Shown here: positions 8,784 through 18,760 of the stretch, piece after piece | Layout: each line of letters begins with the position of its first letter | Numbering within the stretch: position 1 is the first letter of the stretch | Source: an uncultured delta proteobacterium | GTDB taxonomy: Bacteria; Desulfobacterota; Syntrophobacteria; Syntrophobacterales; Syntrophobacteraceae | Assembly (NCBI GenBank): GCA_963808625.1 | Contig: CAWEHK010000041.1 | Coordinates: forward strand, 1-64,000 | DNA length: 64,000 bases | Direction: 5' to 3' | Made by a program: the position numbers and the translations under genes | The notes under the pieces: model-generated | Told to the model about the DNA's origin: nothing | Seen by the model: only the letters and a program-made list of their open reading frames with translations | The model's database searches: none

Positions 8784-9513
8784 TCAGGAGCTCGCCAGGG
8801 CTGCCAGCGAAAAGAGCCCGCCATCCACTTTGATCCTGCGTCTTCTCGATGCTGAAGCTCAGGCGGCAAGGGCGCGCCGCATCGAACGGCGCATCCGGGA
8901 ATCCGCCCTTGCCGAGCGCAAGCTTCTCGCCGACTTCGATTTTGACTTCCAGAAGGGCATTGACAAAAGCCAGATCATGGAGCTCGCAAACCTGGGCTTC
9001 GTTGAGCGAAAGCAGGGGCTAATCCTGGCAGGATCGTCCGGAACTGGCAAAAGTCACATCGCCAAAGCCCTTCTACTCATCGCTTGCTCCCAGCTCTATT
9101 CCTGCCGCTACACCACCGCATCCAACATGCTCTCGAACCTCATGGCCTCGCTTTGCGACGGCACCCTCCATAACGCTCTCAAAGTCTACACCCGCCCCCA
9201 AGTCCTTCTCATCGACGAGATCGGCTTCGACCGCATCGAGCAGGAATCAGCAAGAAATGCCGCCCTCTTCTTCAAAGTCATTGATGCAAGGTATTGCAAG
9301 GGCTCAACCATCGCGACCTGCAACATCAACTTCAAAGAGCTGGGTGATTATCTCGGAGACCCCGTCATCACAGCCTCCCTCGTTGACAGGATGGTCCATC
9401 ACTCCATCATCATCCACATCGAAGGACCCAGCTACAGGATGCATGAATCCAAGAGGCTCAACCGCGCCGCCACCAAGAGAGGAAAAGACCATGGCGAGCC
9501 GACCCATGATTGA
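8710..9513 (+). CDS. istB: IS21-family AAA+ helper ATPase IstB
   Basis: FDFDFQ, Walker A GSSGTGKS, Walker B LLIDEIG, DRMVHH, GPSYR. Confidence 0.93.
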   Translation: MDQTTARIKKHLKALKLSTMEKILDQELARAASEKSPPSTLILRLLDAEAQAARARRIERRIRESALAERKLLADFDFDFQKGIDKSQIMELANLGFVERKQGLILAGSSGTGKSHIAKALLLIACSQLYSCRYTTASNMLSNLMASLCDGTLHNALKVYTRPQVLLIDEIGFDRIEQESARNAALFFKVIDARYCKGSTIATCNINFKELGDYLGDPVITASLVDRMVHHSIIIHIEGPSYRMHESKRLNRAATKRGKDHGEPTHD

Positions 9514-9946
9514 CAGGTCGCCGCTCCTGCCGGAAAGAGCTCGAAAGATCCAGGGAAGCTTTGCCTTTATCGAGCACCGCTTCCTTCAGGGCGGTTTCTT
9601 GCAGACCCTAACCCATCATGAGCTCCTCCTTTACTTCTTCCTGATCCTTGCCGCCGATCGAAATGGCATTTCCTTTTACAGCTACGATCGCATATGCACG
9701 ATCCTCGGCCTGGGGGTAGAGGACTACATCCTCGCTCGAAACGGTCTCATCCGCAAAGACCTGCTCGCCTTCGACGGCCATCGCTTCCAGGCCCTCTCCC
9801 TTCCCCCAAAGCCTGTGCGCTCATCCACACGACTTCTCAAGACCCAACACGACATGATCGAGCATGATCCTGCAACCATCCATCGCGAAATCTGCCATGC
9901 TCTGGGTACAGACCCCGACAAACGAACCAAGACTTCCCGAAAGTAG
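9506..9946 (+). CDS. Winged-helix (replication-initiator-like) accessory protein
   Basis: Overlaps istB stop; LTHHELLLYFFL..AADRNGISFYSYDRICTILGL...ARNGLIRKDLL resembles Rep/HTH_36-like wHTH folds. Confidence 0.6.
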   Translation: MIDRSPLLPERARKIQGSFAFIEHRFLQGGFLQTLTHHELLLYFFLILAADRNGISFYSYDRICTILGLGVEDYILARNGLIRKDLLAFDGHRFQALSLPPKPVRSSTRLLKTQHDMIEHDPATIHREICHALGTDPDKRTKTSRK

Positions 9947-10292
9947 ATAACCTGCCCGGCAGCCACAGCACTACCATTAAAAGATCTCGCCATCGGCATT
10001 TGCTCCTCCATTCATTCTTCTACCTTCCACCACTTCCCTTGAACACCTTCCGGACACTGCCTGCGCTTCTCGAAGAATCTGTCGACGCACGAAACGCTCA
10101 GATCGGGAAGAATAAGAAGTAGATTCAAAGAAGATCAATTGCGGGCGGGCGGACTACACTGGACAGACCAGCCGGGCCTCAGAGGGTGGGTCCAAAAACC
10201 GGTGGAAACGAACCGGAAAATCCCGATTATGCTATTCTCGCGTGGGTCCACTTCTCAGGTCTCAAAGGGTTCATTCTCTATCGGTGGTGACA

Positions 10293-10476
10293 GTTTCACA
10301 AGGTAAAATGCATCCAGCCTTTGCCGTATCGCTTTAGGACCGCAAGGCAGCTCCCGGTTGTATAATTCGAGACGTACAAATTCTACAATTTCCTCGATTT
10401 CTTGCTTCGTACACATTGGATTGTAATCAGACAAGCAATCCTCATTTACCTCTACCCATTCTCCGTATGTCGACAT
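10293..10476 (-). pseudogene. Small passenger ORF downstream of istB, cut by the adjacent IS end
   Basis: EIEEIVEFVRLELYNRELPCGPKAIRQRL (resembles the HTH region of integrase-core transposases) runs into the IS terminus at 10292. Confidence 0.5.
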
Positions 10477-10563
10477 CGAATGCTCCTGATGATTTGTCGT
10501 TCATATTCTTTCTTGCCTTCTCAATGCGACAATTTTATCCGCAACATGGAAGCCTACCGGCCA

Positions 10564-11352
10564 TCACGACACGACGTTGTCTTTAGGCGCCTTCGGCGAT
10601 TCTCTTCTCGCTCTTAGGGTTTCCTTCAGTCGATAGCTGTCCCAATTGCAATGGATGATATGAGCCTTATGGGTCAACCGATCCAGGAGCGCTGCCGTCA
10701 GCGTGGCGTCGCCAAACACTTGCGTCCAATCGGCAAATCCAAGGTTGGTAGTAACAATGACTGAGCCCCGCTCGTGACGCTCCGCCAACACTTGGAACAG
10801 CAATTCAGCGGACTCCTTGGAAAAAGGGACGTAACCCAACTCGTCAACCACCACTAACCCGTAGCGGGCATATTTCTGTATCACCCGGCTCAGTCTGCGC
10901 TCTGTTTGAGCCTCGATGAGCTCATTACTCACCCCGCAACAATTTACGAACCGTGTGCTGATCCCTTGCCCGCAAGCGGCAACCCCCAATCCGGTCGCCA
11001 AGTGCGTCTTGCCTGCGCCACTTTTTCCCGTGAAGATGATATTTCTATGACTGCGAAGGTATTCTCCGGATTCCAGCTCGCGCATTAAGCGTTTGTCCAG
11101 TCCAGGAGCGCTGCTGTAATCAAATTGCTCCAGGGTCTTCAGCAAAGGAAATTTTGCCTCCCGGAGCTTACGCTTCAGACGGTTTTCCGCTCTCATCTGA
11201 AGCTCCACTTCGGTGGTGGCCAGAAGAAACTCCTCGTGGCTGGTTCCATTCTCCCGCGCTTGGCGCAGCAAGGACCCAAGGTTCGCGTACATATGCGATA
11301 GGTTGAGTGCCTTCAGATTCTCTTTGAGCAGCATCTCGGTACTGGCTTTCAT
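10564..11352 (-). CDS. istB: IS21-family helper ATPase IstB
   Basis: AKFPLLKTLEQFDY, GKSGAGKTHLA, VVDELGY, LLDRLTH, SYRL. Confidence 0.95.
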   Translation of the reverse strand: MKASTEMLLKENLKALNLSHMYANLGSLLRQARENGTSHEEFLLATTEVELQMRAENRLKRKLREAKFPLLKTLEQFDYSSAPGLDKRLMRELESGEYLRSHRNIIFTGKSGAGKTHLATGLGVAACGQGISTRFVNCCGVSNELIEAQTERRLSRVIQKYARYGLVVVDELGYVPFSKESAELLFQVLAERHERGSVIVTTNLGFADWTQVFGDATLTAALLDRLTHKAHIIHCNWDSYRLKETLRARRESPKAPKDNVVS

Positions 11353-12845
11353 GACAAACCTCCCAGCTGCGCATACACCGAAACGTCAGCCGGTTCGGTT
11401 GCCGGCCAGCCACATAGAGGCTCACACGCACCTACCCTATTTACCGGCAGCAGCAGGTGTTTTACTCCAGCGCTGGAGCTCACCCCATTTTGGACCGCCC
11501 GCTCCACCGCAGCCTCCACATCTTCGGTCCGATGTTCCCGGTAGAGCATCAACACCATAATAAAATCCCGTGTTCCATCGGTTTCGCCATTACTTGCTAC
11601 AAACTTATCCCGGAGCCGCTCCAAACACTCCGGCCAGCTCTTGCGCCACTCTCTTATGGGCCGGGCCGAATCGAAAGCCCCGGGCCTCTGATAAAGCAGA
11701 TCCAGGTAATGGTCCGGATTAAGCTGCCATTTGTTGTTGCCGAACATTCTCCCATGGCTCGCTATCTTCTTGCCTCTCTGGTAAACCTCCACACGGTCCA
11801 CTTCAAGGATCGCCTTTACCGGAAACCCAACATAACATGTGGGAACCGAGTAACGGTTCTTGTCCACGATGACGGTTGAATAAGGATTTACCTTGCTGTA
11901 CACCGTCTCTATGTTGCTGAACGGATGCGTCGGGAGTGCCAATAAATGGGCTCTTTCTTCCTCGAAGAGCTCATCGACGCTTTTCTCACGACCCTCTATC
12001 CGATGGCTTCCGTACTGCACACAGCTCCCCAGGATCTCTTCGTTAAGCTCCTCAAGGCTCTCGGCTCTCGGGATGGGAACCATGTAGTTGCGCCTGGCAA
12101 AACCTACCAATCCTTCCACACCACCCTTTTCGTGGCCGCTGTCTTTATTACAAAAACGCGCCGTGAAATTATAGTAACTGTGAAACTTCCTGAACGCCTC
12201 CTGTTCCCGGCGGTCTTTCCCCTTGAGAACCTTTTCCACGGCGCTGGTCAGATTGTCGTAAATCAACGTCCCGAAAACCCCACCATAGAATGAAAACGCC
12301 CGTATATGCGCATCAAAGAAGGCTGCTTGCCTCTCACATGGGTAACACCGCACAAAGTGCTTCCCCGAATACTTGGAGCGCATGCAAAAAAACTTGAGCC
12401 GTGTCGCCTCTCCGGCAATGATCGCCACAGCCCCTCCCCAGTCCGCTTCAGCCTCTTTGCCACAATCCGGCTCCAAAGGAATAAAGGCCTTGTCCCCACT
12501 TAATCCCAGACCTATCTTGGCTTGCCGCACGTACTGGCGAACCGTTGTGGCACAACCTGCAAAACCTTCTTCCCGTACCAGTCGATGATAGATCCTCGTC
12601 GCCGTGTGACGTTGCTTTCGCGGAGAATCCTTGTCCCCTTCCAACCATGAATCGATCAGACTCAAGTACGGTCCGAGCACCGGATACGGCTGAGATTGCC
12701 TCTGTCCGTAACCACTTGGCTCACCCCTCAAAACCTTGCGGATCGTCTTCCGATCATGGCCTGTTTCCCGCGCAATCTCTCGTAAACCCTTCCCATAAAC
12801 CCGATGCGCTATCCGAATGTACTCATACTGATCCATGTTGATCAT
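11349..12845 (-). CDS. istA: IS21-family transposase IstA
   Basis: HTH REIARETGHDRKTIRK, EAEADWG, LIYDN, EKGGVEGLV, NRYSVP; ATGA overlap with istB. Confidence 0.95.
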   Translation of the reverse strand: MINMDQYEYIRIAHRVYGKGLREIARETGHDRKTIRKVLRGEPSGYGQRQSQPYPVLGPYLSLIDSWLEGDKDSPRKQRHTATRIYHRLVREEGFAGCATTVRQYVRQAKIGLGLSGDKAFIPLEPDCGKEAEADWGGAVAIIAGEATRLKFFCMRSKYSGKHFVRCYPCERQAAFFDAHIRAFSFYGGVFGTLIYDNLTSAVEKVLKGKDRREQEAFRKFHSYYNFTARFCNKDSGHEKGGVEGLVGFARRNYMVPIPRAESLEELNEEILGSCVQYGSHRIEGREKSVDELFEEERAHLLALPTHPFSNIETVYSKVNPYSTVIVDKNRYSVPTCYVGFPVKAILEVDRVEVYQRGKKIASHGRMFGNNKWQLNPDHYLDLLYQRPGAFDSARPIREWRKSWPECLERLRDKFVASNGETDGTRDFIMVLMLYREHRTEDVEAAVERAVQNGVSSSAGVKHLLLPVNRVGACEPLCGWPATEPADVSVYAQLGGLS

Positions 12846-13205
12846 CCCTCCTGTCCTCCGGTAACTCTGGTTGATGAATTCACCAGATCTTGCTACCAGA
12901 TGACTCTGAAGGGTGGGGGAATTTTGGACTGTCATCTGCCCCTTAAGTGGGGGAATTTTAGGCTATCAAAATCAAAGGTTCTCTTCTTGATCCGCTTTTT
13001 TCGTTGTCGCAGAACATTCGGCCATTAGTTTGTCACACAACTTCGTAAGTGCTGATACCGGTTCGTCTGTCTTGTCAGTTTGCAGGGGTTGCGGTTGGGG
13101 TGGTGGGTCCGTTCAAGGGTGAACTTGGCACCAGGGTAGCAGGCGAAAAAAGAAGACTCGGAGCGATCCGGGCCTTTTGTTGTTTAGAGGGCATTTCGGG
13201 GCTCT

Positions 13206-13286
13206 GGGTTGGAAATAGGGTTGGAAATGAAAATTAAGCCAATAAAAAAGGACTCAGATTTTTCGTCTAAGTCCTTGATTTTTCTT
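13206..13286 (-). other. Putative island attachment arm downstream of tRNA-fMet
   Basis: Direct repeat GGGTTGGAAAT at 13206 and 13218; imperfect hairpin AAGGACTCAGA/TCTAAGTCCTT at ~13248-13276 next to the tRNA CCA end. Confidence 0.5.
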
Positions 13287-13363
<77 letters not shown>

Positions 13364-13378
13364 TCAACTTACTCAACC

Positions 13379-13407
13379 ATATTATTCTGAATGGGCCTGT
13401 TTGTCAA
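13379..13407 (-). promoter_or_regulatory. Sigma70-type promoter of tRNA-fMet
   Basis: TTGACA-17 nt-TAATAT on the minus strand just upstream of the tRNA. Confidence 0.65.
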
Positions 13408-13693
13408 GGGTGATTGCATGTTTTGTCAGCTTGTCCGAATTCCTGGCTGTCGCGAACAGGGTTGCCGCGCATTCCCCATCAACTAAGTCCCGCTGTTCGG
13501 TCGTTCCCGGAAGGCAGGAAAATGGAGGGCGCAAGAAGGTCTTCGGTGCTCTGGAAAGTGGGGTTGGCGAGTGGTATAAAAGCACGTTCAGTTGCGTTTC
13601 GCGGTGGGATTTGCGACGGTCAGGCCGATTGCGCCCCGGAGGATGATCCTTTGATGAGTGGCATAAGGAAAGGAGCACGAGGACCTAAACAAC

Positions 13694-13921
13694 ATGAGCG
13701 GTATCGACGAGCAACGAACGGAACCGAAGGGCAGGTGGCGCAAGCCCAGGAGTTATGTGTGCGCGACGTGCAGTCGCGGCCAGCCTTTCTGCTGGACTTG
13801 TCCGTGTGGGTTTATGATCTGTTCCGATTGCATGGAGGAAAACTTCTGGGGTATGACCTGCAACGGCATCACCTGGACATGCCCGGATTGCGGCGCCATC
13901 CGCAGTTTTGGCAACGATTAA
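13694..13921 (+). CDS. Small Cys-rich (10 Cys) putative metal-binding protein
   Basis: GAGGA RBS; CATC, CWTCPC, CSDC, CPDC. Confidence 0.8.
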   Translation: MSGIDEQRTEPKGRWRKPRSYVCATCSRGQPFCWTCPCGFMICSDCMEENFWGMTCNGITWTCPDCGAIRSFGND

Positions 13922-13948
13922 AGCATGGAATTTGGGAAAGGATAGAAA

Positions 13949-15697
13949 ATGGAACCAAAACGTGTGGTCATCATCGGGGCGGTGGCTCTGGGGCCGAAGG
14001 TTGCCTGTCGCTTGAAGCGCCTGCAGCCGGACGCCGAAGTCACCATGATTGACCAGGATGAACATATCTCCTACGGCGGGTGCGGCATGCCCTATTTCAT
14101 CTCGGGGGATGTCAGCGATGTGCGGGAACTGATGAGCACCAGTTTCCACATGGTAAGGACCCCGCAGTTTTTTGAGGATGCAAAGGGCGTTCATGTAAGG
14201 ACTCGCACCCGGGCGCTTGGCATCAATCGGCAGACAAAGCTGGTCAGAATTCAGGACCTGCTTTCCGGAGAGATCGAAGAACTTCCCTATGACCAGCTCG
14301 TTCTGGCCACGGGTAGCCGACCCAACCGGCTGCCCATTCCCGGGGCGGAGCTTCCCGGTGTGATGAGTCTTTCAAATCTTCGGTCCGCAATAGCCATCAA
14401 GGAACGCATCGCCAAGGGGGAAGTTGGCAAGGCGGTAATCATTGGAGCCGGGGCGATTGGCTGCGAGTTGGCAGAGGCGCTCAGCGATCTCTGGGGTATC
14501 GAAACCAGCGTCGTGGAAATCGCGGACCAGGTGCTTCCGGTTATTCTTGATGCCGGTCTTGCCCGCATGGTCCAAAGACACATGGAAGAGAAGGGCGTCG
14601 CCGTTTTTCTCAAGGAAATGGTTCAGGAAATACGTCCCGACGGAGGCGAGAGCGTCCTCCGGGTCATAACCTCGCAACGCAGCCTCGATGCAGATTTGGT
14701 GATCACTGCGGTTGGGGTTCGGCCCAATTCGGAACTGGCCGGGCAGGCCGGACTGCTGGTTTCGCCCCGGGGTGCCGTTGTGGTCAACCGCCGCCTTCAA
14801 ACCTCGGACCCCGATATCTATGCCGGTGGCGATTGCATCGAGACAATGCACCTGGTGACGGGCAAGCCCATCTTTTTTCCCCAGGGCTCCCTGGCAAACC
14901 GCCAGGGGCGCGTGATCGGCACCAATCTGGCGGGAGGATTTGCAGCGTTCAATGGGGTCGTGGGCAGCTTTGCCCTCAAGATCTTCGACCTGGCCGTGGC
15001 GGCGACCGGCATTCCCCTCCCGATGGCTCTTCGCGAAGGGTTCGATGCGGTGCATGCCCTGGTCATCCAGGCCGACCGGGCCCATTTCTATCCCGAAAAC
15101 GATCTCATTTATCTGCAACTGATTGTCGACCGCAAGACCCGCCGCATCCTTGGTGCTCAGGGTCTGGCTCATAATGGGGACGCCCTCGTTGGCAGAATCA
15201 ACAGCCTTGCCGCCATGCTTCCCTACCGGGCGACTTTGGAGGACCTCTCCAATCTTGAAATTGCCTACTCGCCGCCATTCACTTCCGCGCTTGACATCGT
15301 GAATGCGGCCGCCAACACTGCGGAAAACATTCTCGACGGCTACAACAAACCCCTGGATGCAGATCAGTTCGAGCAGTGTTTCCTCGATGACGGGAGTGAC
15401 GATACCATCTGCCTCGACGTTCGAGGCCCCGCCAATGCCGCTCCCTATGTGGCTCATTTCGGTGAACGCTGGCTGAATATTCCGCAGGAAACCCTGAAAG
15501 ATCGCCTTCCGGAAGTTCCAAGGGACAAACATCTGGTCGTGGTCTGCAATTCCGGAGCGCGCTCCTATGAGGCCCTCCGCCAGTTGGAAAATGCAGGTGT
15601 TTGCGAAGCCGTCAATTTGCAGGGCGGGGTTGCGGCTCTCAAGAAAGCGGGAATGCTTGATTTCAGCGATCAACAGGAGGACCATAAAGATGCTTAG
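13949..15697 (+). CDS. FAD-dependent CoA-disulfide/persulfide reductase-like oxidoreductase with C-terminal rhodanese
   Basis: SYGGCGMPY redox Cys, ATG motif, GAGAIG, TSDPDIYAGGD, AYSPPF, rhodanese VCNSGARS. Confidence 0.92.
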   Translation: MEPKRVVIIGAVALGPKVACRLKRLQPDAEVTMIDQDEHISYGGCGMPYFISGDVSDVRELMSTSFHMVRTPQFFEDAKGVHVRTRTRALGINRQTKLVRIQDLLSGEIEELPYDQLVLATGSRPNRLPIPGAELPGVMSLSNLRSAIAIKERIAKGEVGKAVIIGAGAIGCELAEALSDLWGIETSVVEIADQVLPVILDAGLARMVQRHMEEKGVAVFLKEMVQEIRPDGGESVLRVITSQRSLDADLVITAVGVRPNSELAGQAGLLVSPRGAVVVNRRLQTSDPDIYAGGDCIETMHLVTGKPIFFPQGSLANRQGRVIGTNLAGGFAAFNGVVGSFALKIFDLAVAATGIPLPMALREGFDAVHALVIQADRAHFYPENDLIYLQLIVDRKTRRILGAQGLAHNGDALVGRINSLAAMLPYRATLEDLSNLEIAYSPPFTSALDIVNAAANTAENILDGYNKPLDADQFEQCFLDDGSDDTICLDVRGPANAAPYVAHFGERWLNIPQETLKDRLPEVPRDKHLVVVCNSGARSYEALRQLENAGVCEAVNLQGGVAALKKAGMLDFSDQQEDHKDA

Positions 15698-15727
15698 GGC
15701 AAGAGCGCGGTTCCGGACGGACGAGGC

Positions 15728-17067
15728 ATGAAAAGACTGCGTGCATCACAGAATGCGGACTCAGAAGCATGGAAGGGCCCTCCGGTTGCCGTCTTGTGGG
15801 ACCAGTCACTGGTGTGGGGTCTTATTTGCCTGGAAACACTGGGGCATCTTGGCGTCCCTTTCCATTTAATACGTGCCAAAGAAATTGCCGGCGGCGGTCT
15901 CGACCGTCACCGGGTGCTCGTCGTCCCGGGAGGCTGGGCGTCCCACAAGGTGCGCACTCTCGGGGAAGCAGGAAAAATCCGAATAAAACAGTTCGTGCAA
16001 AATGGAGGGAGCTACCTGGGCTTCTGCGGCGGGGCCGGTCTTGCCCTCTCCAGCCCGCTGTCACTCGGCCTCGTTCCGCTTCAACGGATGTCCCTGGCGG
16101 AACGCCTCCCCAATGCCAGCGGCGAAATATGGATTCAGGGAGCGACCGATCACCCGCTCTGGGAGGGGCTGCCGCCAACCCTCCCGGTATCGATCTGGTG
16201 GCCTTCGCAATTCCAGCTTGAACCAATGCCGGATTCTTCTTGCCTGGCAACATATCGGTTCCCGGGATCGGATTTTTGGGTGGCCGATCTGCCTCTCTCG
16301 GACCTGAACTGGCGAAACCGTTCCATGGGAGGAATGGGAGAGGATTTACGGCATCAATCTGGATCCGGCGAGGCTGCTCGGCCATCCCGCGATCATGGAG
16401 ATGCGGGCGGGGAAAGGAAGGGTGATCTTATCCTATCCGCATCTGGACACTCCCGGCGAGACATGGGCTAACCGTCTCTTCCGAAGATGCCTGCGCTACC
16501 TGGATGACGAGGCCAGTCAGCATCGCGGTTTGAAAAACTACGGAGAGACCCTTTCAGTGCGGCCCCCAGCACCACCCGGGAGGGAAACACGCACCCATAT
16601 CAAGCGCGCCAAAGAAACTGTGGATGGCCTTATTGCCTTTGGAGAACGGCATCTTCTCTGGACGTGGCGACGTCCGTGGCTGTTGAACTGGCGTCGCGGA
16701 ATTCGCGGCCTCGAATACGGGACGCTCAGTGTGGTCATGAGTCATCTTCTCGACCGCCTCGGGAAGATGAGCGACGCGGGCAATGATCCGGCAGATCCGT
16801 GGCTGGAGACCGGCGAAGAAAATCGAAGAAGAGGTCATCCGATTTTGCCGGCTTGCCAGAAATCTGCTCATCGAAGAAAAACTCGCCACCCAGACCACCA
16901 ATTTAACCAAGCTGGGGAAGGTGAACGCAACGGTCGACCAGTTGCGGGGGCAACTGTTTGGCAACAAGATGAACCACGGCGGGCTGTGTCGAGAGCTTTT
17001 CGACGACCTTGACCGATTTCTTGGGGAAGTGCTTAGTCGGTCTGAGGGTAATGAGGGTGATGAGTAG
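15728..17067 (+). CDS. BPL-N (glutamine amidotransferase-like) domain protein; two frameshifts
   Basis: LVVPGG...GGSYLGFCGGAG, later LSYPHLD; ORFs 15728-16471, 16395-17012 and 16783-17067 join. Confidence 0.75.
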
Positions 17068-17390
17068 AGTGCTGGGTGATGCTGAGTGATGGGTGAGTGC
17101 TGGGTGCTGAGTGAGCTGAGTGACGAGTGATGAGTGATGAGTTCGTGAGTGTCGGAGTGCTCTGTTTGGTTTTCCAGTATCAAATTCAGTTTCTTGCCCC
17201 ATGACTCCTCTCTTCTGCCTTCCGAATTCTGCCTCCTCACTTGAGACTTAAGCCTCTCGTCTTCTGCCTTCCGACAACTGACCTCTGAATTCTGACTCCT
17301 GTCTTCCGACTCTGTCCCTCTGACTTCTTCTTCTGACCTCCTGACTCCTGTCTCCTGTCTCCTGTCTCCTGCCTTCCGTCTCCTTCCGCC
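17068..17390. repeat. Two degenerate 7-bp periodic tracts between convergent genes
   Basis: (TGCTGAG/TGATGAG)n at 17068-17160 and (CTCCTGT/TTCTGAC)n at 17203-17388. Confidence 0.85.
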
Positions 17391-17393
17391 CAT

Positions 17394-18437
17394 TTAAACA
17401 TTGAAGCGAAAGTTAATGATATCGCCGTCGCGAACCGGATAGGTTTTTCCCTCCAGGCGTACAAGCCCCTGTTTCCGTGCCGAGGGGTAGTCGCCGGACC
17501 GGCGCAAATCGTCAAAAGCCACCACCTCGGCGCGAATGAAACCCTTTTGCATATCCGTGTGCACCACGCCGGCGGCCTCCAGCGCGGGCAGGTCCCTGGG
17601 GATGGTCCATGCGCGCACCTCATCATCGCCAACCGTGAAGAAGGTGGCCAGCTGAAGCAAGGCGTAGGAACGCGCGACGACGCGATCCAGGGCGCTGTCG
17701 GAAAGGCCGAAGTCCTGCCTGAAGGCGGCCGCTTCCTCTTCGGGTAGCTGGGCCATCTCCATTTCGAGCTTTCCACGGACAACCGTTGCATTGGCATATT
17801 CAAATGTGGCTTCCGGAACCTGGTCGTCGTCGTCGGGATTATTCACCACAATGAGAATGGGTTTTGCGGAAAGAAAGGTAAAGCCCCGCGTTTCCGGGGC
17901 CGCCGTCAAGGCCGGTTGTGTTCTCAGCGGTTTTTCAGAGTTGAGGACTTCAAGGCAGGATTCGAGGAGTTCCTTTTCGGAGCCAAAGATCTTTTTCCCC
18001 TTTTTCAGTTCCGCCGAGATCCTATCCAGGCGTTTCTCGATCGTTCCGAGATCGGCAATGATGAATTCGTCTTCCAGTTCCCTGAAATCACGCTTGATGT
18101 CCGGTTCGCCGAGCGAAGGGTCCGAAAAATTTCGAATCACCATGAGAAAGGCATCGACCGGGCGCATGTGGGTGAGCAGGAGTGCCATGTATTCCTGGTG
18201 ACTTTCCAGGACGCCGGGAAGACCCTGAAGGTCGAGGTAAGTCACCTGAGCCGGTGTGGTTTTTTTCGGCTTGTAGTGTTCGCTCAACCAGTTCAGCCTG
18301 GAATCGGCAACGGAAACGGCGCCCAGAACCGGAACGGCATGCCCGCCCGGTGGCACGGATTCCCCGGTTCTCTTGGTCAGGGCATTAAAGATGGTGGTCT
18401 TGCCCGCCCGTGCCAGGCCGATAATTCCTAATTTCAT
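17394..18437 (-). CDS. ychF: YchF/OLA1-family ATPase
   Basis: GIIGLARAGKTTIFNALT, DLQGL, FFTVGDDEVRAW, HTDMQKGFIRAEV, EGKTYPVRDGDIINFRFNV. Confidence 0.9.
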   Translation of the reverse strand: MKLGIIGLARAGKTTIFNALTKRTGESVPPGGHAVPVLGAVSVADSRLNWLSEHYKPKKTTPAQVTYLDLQGLPGVLESHQEYMALLLTHMRPVDAFLMVIRNFSDPSLGEPDIKRDFRELEDEFIIADLGTIEKRLDRISAELKKGKKIFGSEKELLESCLEVLNSEKPLRTQPALTAAPETRGFTFLSAKPILIVVNNPDDDDQVPEATFEYANATVVRGKLEMEMAQLPEEEAAAFRQDFGLSDSALDRVVARSYALLQLATFFTVGDDEVRAWTIPRDLPALEAAGVVHTDMQKGFIRAEVVAFDDLRRSGDYPSARKQGLVRLEGKTYPVRDGDIINFRFNV

Positions 18438-18594
18438 GAGGACCTCCTCCCTTTCCTGAAGGGCATTCCCAGCGCTGAAGTCCCGGCGCAGTCAGCGCGA
18501 ATACCAAAACGAGCATATGAGGTTTGACTGCCGATAATGAGTGTCCCCAAATTCATGGATGGATACCGTCTGCAGGCAATCGAATGGTTGCATG

Positions 18595-18660
18595 GGCACC
18601 GAGCACCGTGGGCCACTCAGCACCCAGGACTCAGCACCCAGGACTCAGCACTCAGCACTT
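18595..18660. repeat. 7-bp periodic tract
   Basis: CTCAGCA/CCCAGGA units. Confidence 0.75.
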
Positions 18661-18760
18661 CCTATTTTGTACACTTGACATGGTCGGCATGCAACCGGTA
18701 ACTTTTGTTAAAGAGATGACGTACCAGCCAAAACTTCAACACGCGGTTGACTGAGAGGAT

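Larger units (their letters stand above)
5571..10292 (+). mobile_element. IS21-family-related element with three accessory genes
   Basis: Left end TGTTGCCACCGATGAAGAATGGACCC; right end (reverse complement) TGTCACCACCGATAGAGAATGAACCC; reiterated TGGACCCA units at both ends; istA/istB inside; no target duplication. Confidence 0.88.
10293..12974 (-). mobile_element. Second IS21-family element, one end missing
   Basis: Terminus (minus strand) TGATTTTGATAG at 12974 with two GTGGGGGAATTTT repeats at ~12913 and ~12947; the other end was not found before 10292. Confidence 0.8.

Noticed and set aside
17068..17390. CRISPR array
   Set aside because: Tandem 7-mers without unique spacers; no repeat-spacer array or cas gene seen anywhere in the window.
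16554..17393. 279-aa minus-strand ORF (RRQETGVRR...THHSS)
   Set aside because: It is a translation of the heptamer tracts and antisense to the BPL-N gene.
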